Origin: an uncultured delta proteobacterium
Lineage (GTDB): Bacteria > Desulfobacterota > RBG-13-43-22
Length of the DNA: 64,000 nt
Assembly: GCA_963843145.1 (NCBI GenBank)
Contig: CAWJJC010000020.1
Span: forward strand, 640,001 to 704,000
Direction of reading: 5' to 3'
Shown here: positions 60,325 through 64,000 of the stretch, one piece after another
How the letters are laid out: each line of letters opens with the position of its first letter
Numbering within the stretch: position 1 is the first letter of the stretch
The notes under the pieces: generated by a model
Told to the model about the DNA's origin: nothing
Databases searched by the model: none
The model's input: the letters and a program-made list of their open reading frames with translations, nothing else
Translations under genes and position numbers: made by a program

Positions 60325-61713
60325 TTGAATTCAGAAAAAATCCTGATCATTGACGATACCGCCTATATCCTCGATTTGTTATCCGAGTTTTTGGGGGCCA
60401 AGGGGTACGAGGTGAAAATCGCCCAAGATGGGGCAACCGGGATTGCCGGCTTGGAAAAGGATTCCTATGATCTGGTTTTGACTGACCTAAAAATGCCGGG
60501 ATTGGGCGGTATGGACGTTTTGAACTATGTCATCAATCACTGCCCGGAGACCCTCTGCATCATTTTGACCGGACATGGGTCCATTAAAAACGCGGTTGAA
60601 GCGGTTAAAGCCGGGGCCTACGACTACCTGACCAAACCGGTGGATCTGGAAGAAATTCTGATCGCGATTAAGCGGGCGATCGAATTCCGCAACCTAAAAA
60701 GGGAAAACGTTCTGCTTCGGAACCAGTTAAGGAAAAAGTATAGATTTGATAATATCATCGGTGACAGCGGCCCCATGCAAAAGGTATTTCAAACCATTGA
60801 AAAAGTGGCCGACACCGACAGCACCATCATGATTTTGGGAGAAAGCGGCACAGGGAAGGAACTCGTGGCCCGAGCGCTTCATTATAATAATAGCAGCCGG
60901 GCCAAGGGCCCCATTGTGCCGGTCAATTGCGCGGCTATTCCCTCTGAGTTGTTGGAGAGCGAACTTTTCGGCCATGAGAAGGGGGCTTTTACCAATGCCA
61001 TCCGGACCCGGATCGGTCGATTTGAATTGGCCAACGGGGGCACAATTTTTTTAGACGAAATAGGTGACATGGATCCGGTGCTGCAGAGCAAACTATTACG
61101 GGTGTTGCAGGACCGGGCCTTTGAACGCATTGGGGGCACCCGAACCATTCACGTCGATATCCGGGTGATCACGGCCACGCACCGTAATCTGAAAAAGGCG
61201 GTGGAGAACGGCCATTTTCGAGAAGACTTGTATTATCGACTCAACGTAATTCCCATTGAGATCCCACCGCTACGGGAGCATAAATCCGATATTCCGCTTT
61301 TAGTCCATCATTTTATTGACCAGTTTAACAAAGGCAAGAAAAGAAATATCCAGGGCCTCGAGGAGGAGGCCCTAAAGAAGCTCCAGGATTACGAATGGCC
61401 CGGAAATATTCGCGAGTTGGAAAATATGATTGAACGGATCGCGATCCTGACCAATAACGAGGTGATTACTCTTTCGGATCTACCGGAAAGGATTCAAAAG
61501 ATCCCGCCGCAAGATCAGGCCGTGCCCCCTGACATTCCGGAAGAGGGAATCTTTCTGGATACCGCCGTCAATGAATTCGAACGAAAATTGATTCTCCAGG
61601 CCCTGATCAAGACCGGGTGGGTTAAAAACAAGGCGGCCCAATTGTTGAACCTCAACCGAACGACCTTAATCGAAAAAATAAAACGCCAAAACCTCCAGGC
61701 CCCCCCGACGTAG
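60325..61713 (+). CDS. Sigma54-dependent response regulator (REC-AAA-HTH), FleQ/FgrM-like
   Basis: LTDLKMP, GESGTGKE, GAFTNA, FREDLYYRL, HTH NRTTLIEK. Confidence 0.9.
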   Translation: MNSEKILIIDDTAYILDLLSEFLGAKGYEVKIAQDGATGIAGLEKDSYDLVLTDLKMPGLGGMDVLNYVINHCPETLCIILTGHGSIKNAVEAVKAGAYDYLTKPVDLEEILIAIKRAIEFRNLKRENVLLRNQLRKKYRFDNIIGDSGPMQKVFQTIEKVADTDSTIMILGESGTGKELVARALHYNNSSRAKGPIVPVNCAAIPSELLESELFGHEKGAFTNAIRTRIGRFELANGGTIFLDEIGDMDPVLQSKLLRVLQDRAFERIGGTRTIHVDIRVITATHRNLKKAVENGHFREDLYYRLNVIPIEIPPLREHKSDIPLLVHHFIDQFNKGKKRNIQGLEEEALKKLQDYEWPGNIRELENMIERIAILTNNEVITLSDLPERIQKIPPQDQAVPPDIPEEGIFLDTAVNEFERKLILQALIKTGWVKNKAAQLLNLNRTTLIEKIKRQNLQAPPT

Positions 61714-61747
61714 CCCCAACCCCACTTCAGGATGTTTGGGCAAGCGA

Positions 61748-61881
61748 GTCAAAAATTTGACACATTGAACGAGCACCGTCGATATTTTTACTTTCTTCAG
61801 CCATCCCACTAGGTCCCTTCTTTCTAACAATTTGATTTCAATCACCATGCCGGACCCGGAGCTATTGGCATACTCCTTGCT
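61748..61881 (+). promoter_or_regulatory. Sigma54 promoter with two upstream activator boxes and an IHF site
   Basis: GTCAAAAATTTGAC (61748-61761), GTCGATATTTTTAC (61778-61791), minus-strand AATCAA-N4-TTA (61825-61837), TTGGCATACTCCTTGCT (61865-61881). Confidence 0.78.
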
Positions 61882-61947
61882 CAAAGCACACATGGGACCC
61901 AGCCGAAAAAGTTGGCCTAAGGGTCCGGGGAAAGGATTCTGCGGATT

Positions 61948-63750
61948 TTGTTTCGAGCCAGGCCAAGCTATTTATTGCGCATCGGTTTGATCTTTGTCGG
62001 ATTGGCGGGAGCATTCCCGGGTTCGTTCCTGCGAGCGCAGGATCCGGAAGCGCCCGTGGGGGAATTATTTCAAATCAAGTCGGAATCCGCGGAAGGGAAG
62101 CTCCGGGTGGTCTTGAAAGTCAGGCACCCGGTTAAGCATACTATCTTCACCCTGACCAATCCCGACCGGGTCGTTATTAATTTGACCCCTAGCCTACTAA
62201 AATTAAGCACTATTCCAGAACTGAAAACCGGGCCGATTCAACGACTGCGCTGTTCCCAATTCAACGAAAAGACGGTACGCCTGGTTCTGGATATGAAGCA
62301 AAAGACCCTTTTTTCCGTATCCACCCCGGAGGATAATCCTTTGCAACTTTGGATCGATCTTGAATCTAAACCGAAGAAAGCCGAGACCCCGGCAGCGGCT
62401 CAAATCTCAAACGAATCCGTTTCCCTTGCCCGGAATAAGGAGGCAGAGGTCCGGAAAACCGGGAAAACGGTCAAAAAAACCTCCCCACCGGTGTCCAAGG
62501 TGAAAGAAGCCGTCGCTTCGGTGACTCCGGATTCCACCCCCAAGGGCAGCCCTCCGGAACCACTGCTGGAGACCGGGCGCGGCCTCCTGGAGCAAAAAAA
62601 ATACGCCCAGGGAAGGGAGGCGTTTTTCCATTATCTGAATGTAGTCCCCTTGGAAAAACTTGATTTGCGGGTTGTGGAAGAAATCGTTCACAGTTATCGT
62701 TTGGAGGGAAACGCCCCTCAGGGCGAAAAGGCCCGCCGTCAAATTCTTCAAGCCTTCTCCCAGGCTCATGGACCCGCCGCCTTTCCTGCTTTAGCACAAC
62801 TTGTTGATTTTTATATTGAATCAAAGCAATGCCCGCTGGCCATCCAGATCATCACTTCCTTGGAATCCTTTCCTCAGGAAAAAAATGAAAGGAAAAAAAT
62901 CTTTCAATCCCAGCTTCAAAGAGCCTTGATTCCGGTGCTGGAAGGGTTGTTCGCTCAGTCCAACTATACGGAAGTGATTCGCTCGTATTATCGGCATCGG
63001 GAAACCTTGCCGGATAATCCGGAACCCCGGCTATTCGTTCTATTGGGAAAAAGTTTCAAGGCCGTGGGACTGCCTGACCAGGCCGGCCGATATTTCCAGG
63101 CGGCCTGGCAGCAGGGAAACCAGGAACCCCGGGAAATGCTGGTGGATTGGGCGGAAATACTTATCGAAAAAGGCGATCAGGCCTCCGCCGTCCCGCTCCT
63201 ACGAAAGTTGATTGATCACCCGTCCGTTCCAGAAATTGAAAAACAGCGGGCTTACCTGCTTTTAGGCCAGGGTTGGTACCGGCAAGGTAACTATGCAGAA
63301 GGACTGAAGATACTGGAGGAGTCCATCGCCCGGTATCCTTCCGCGGAGGCCTATCCTGAGCGCTGGTATCTTTTGGGGTCCCTTTATTCTGAAAGCCCGA
63401 CATTGAACCTCAAGGCCTATGAGGCCCTAAGGAAATTTATTGTCCGAAGCCAGGACCCGGCCAAAACCGCCTTGGCTTATGAGCGGATCGGAGACCTCTA
63501 TTTCAGGGAAAAAAAGGGGGCCGCGGCCTGGGAGGCTTACCACCAGGCCCAGCAATTAAACCGACGGCCGGCTTCCCCCTTCTTGGCGCAAAAGATAACC
63601 CAATGCCGCTTGCTTTTGGAACCGAAGGGCCAGGGATCAATCCCGGCGAATCCGTCCGGCGAAATAGACCCTTTTTGGAAAAAGGTTTATGACTCGAGGG
63701 CGAGCCAGCAAATCCTGGAGAAAAAGATCAGCGAATTGAGGCTAAACTGA
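61948..63750 (+). CDS. Exported AMIN domain plus TPR repeat protein
   Basis: Signal peptide, FTLTNPDRVVINL and VRLVLDM (AMIN), multiple TPR-like helices; start uncertain. Confidence 0.75.
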   Translation: MFRARPSYLLRIGLIFVGLAGAFPGSFLRAQDPEAPVGELFQIKSESAEGKLRVVLKVRHPVKHTIFTLTNPDRVVINLTPSLLKLSTIPELKTGPIQRLRCSQFNEKTVRLVLDMKQKTLFSVSTPEDNPLQLWIDLESKPKKAETPAAAQISNESVSLARNKEAEVRKTGKTVKKTSPPVSKVKEAVASVTPDSTPKGSPPEPLLETGRGLLEQKKYAQGREAFFHYLNVVPLEKLDLRVVEEIVHSYRLEGNAPQGEKARRQILQAFSQAHGPAAFPALAQLVDFYIESKQCPLAIQIITSLESFPQEKNERKKIFQSQLQRALIPVLEGLFAQSNYTEVIRSYYRHRETLPDNPEPRLFVLLGKSFKAVGLPDQAGRYFQAAWQQGNQEPREMLVDWAEILIEKGDQASAVPLLRKLIDHPSVPEIEKQRAYLLLGQGWYRQGNYAEGLKILEESIARYPSAEAYPERWYLLGSLYSESPTLNLKAYEALRKFIVRSQDPAKTALAYERIGDLYFREKKGAAAWEAYHQAQQLNRRPASPFLAQKITQCRLLLEPKGQGSIPANPSGEIDPFWKKVYDSRASQQILEKKISELRLN

Positions 63751-63753
63751 CCC

Positions 63754-64000
63754 ATGGGCGAAAAGGCATTATTAATTGCGGAAAACGACCCGGAAGCCCG
63801 GGAGGTTTTTGTAGAAAGCTACCCCAAAAACGGTTTTTGGATCCAATGGGTCAATAGGGGGGAAGAAGCCCTCCGCTGGTTGGACCAAAGACCTTTCGAT
63901 CTGGTGATTACCGAAATGGAACTGGAAGATTTAAGCGGCCTACAGCTTTTGGGTCAGGTCAAACAGCGTTTTCCGGAGACGCCGGTCATCGTCATGACCG
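63754..64000 (+). CDS. Response regulator receiver domain protein, partial at window end
   Basis: MGEKALLIAENDPEAREVF...GEEAL..L....FDLVITEMELEDLSGLQLL..VK..FPETPVIVMT. Confidence 0.75.
   Translation, partial: MGEKALLIAENDPEAREVFVESYPKNGFWIQWVNRGEEALRWLDQRPFDLVITEMELEDLSGLQLLGQVKQRFPETPVIVMT

Overview
Bacterial chromosomal fragment. Gene content points to an anaerobic Desulfobacterota/deltaproteobacterium (ahbD/ahbA alternative heme pathway, futalosine menaquinone genes, CooT, sigma54 flagellar regulators); this assignment is an inference. Left to right: (1) an AT-rich accessory patch of toxin-antitoxin genes and relics (1-3.6 kb); (2) housekeeping purL-purQ-tmk-holB-ricT-metG, then a dehydratase/GT2/KS/chain-length-factor cluster; (3) UvrD helicase, ferredoxin, ThiF, Crp/Fnr, MBL hydrolase, hemB-ahbD-ahbA, LysM protein, dgt, CIRCE-controlled groES-groEL and an SH3 protein; (4) a ~12 kb defence island (29.2-41.4 kb): type I R-M (hsdM with an amber stop, hsdR heavily frameshifted) interleaved with two Fic genes, a TIR gene, a DUF1828/1829-like gene and a decayed MNT-HEPN pair; (5) CooT/DUF3842/MBL, Zn-dehydrogenase, MFS; (6) a TetR-linked futalosine operon (mqnE, mqnC, MTAP-fold protein, deaminase, UbiD-like, UbiA-like) followed by an ABC importer; (7) the start of a sigma54 flagellar region. 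The best candidate for an undescribed system is the futalosine operon: it has no mqnB/MTAN, and in that position sits an MTAP-fold enzyme with 6-oxopurine specificity residues and an altered phosphate site, alongside a perfect TetR-type operator and an ABC importer. Also notable are short-motif arrays at the 3' ends of both Fic genes and orphan gene tails marking cargo junctions in the R-M island. Single-base frameshifts in purL, holB and mqnC look like sequencing/assembly indels. No rRNA, tRNA or CRISPR array was recognised. All family assignments are by eye; no database searches were run.
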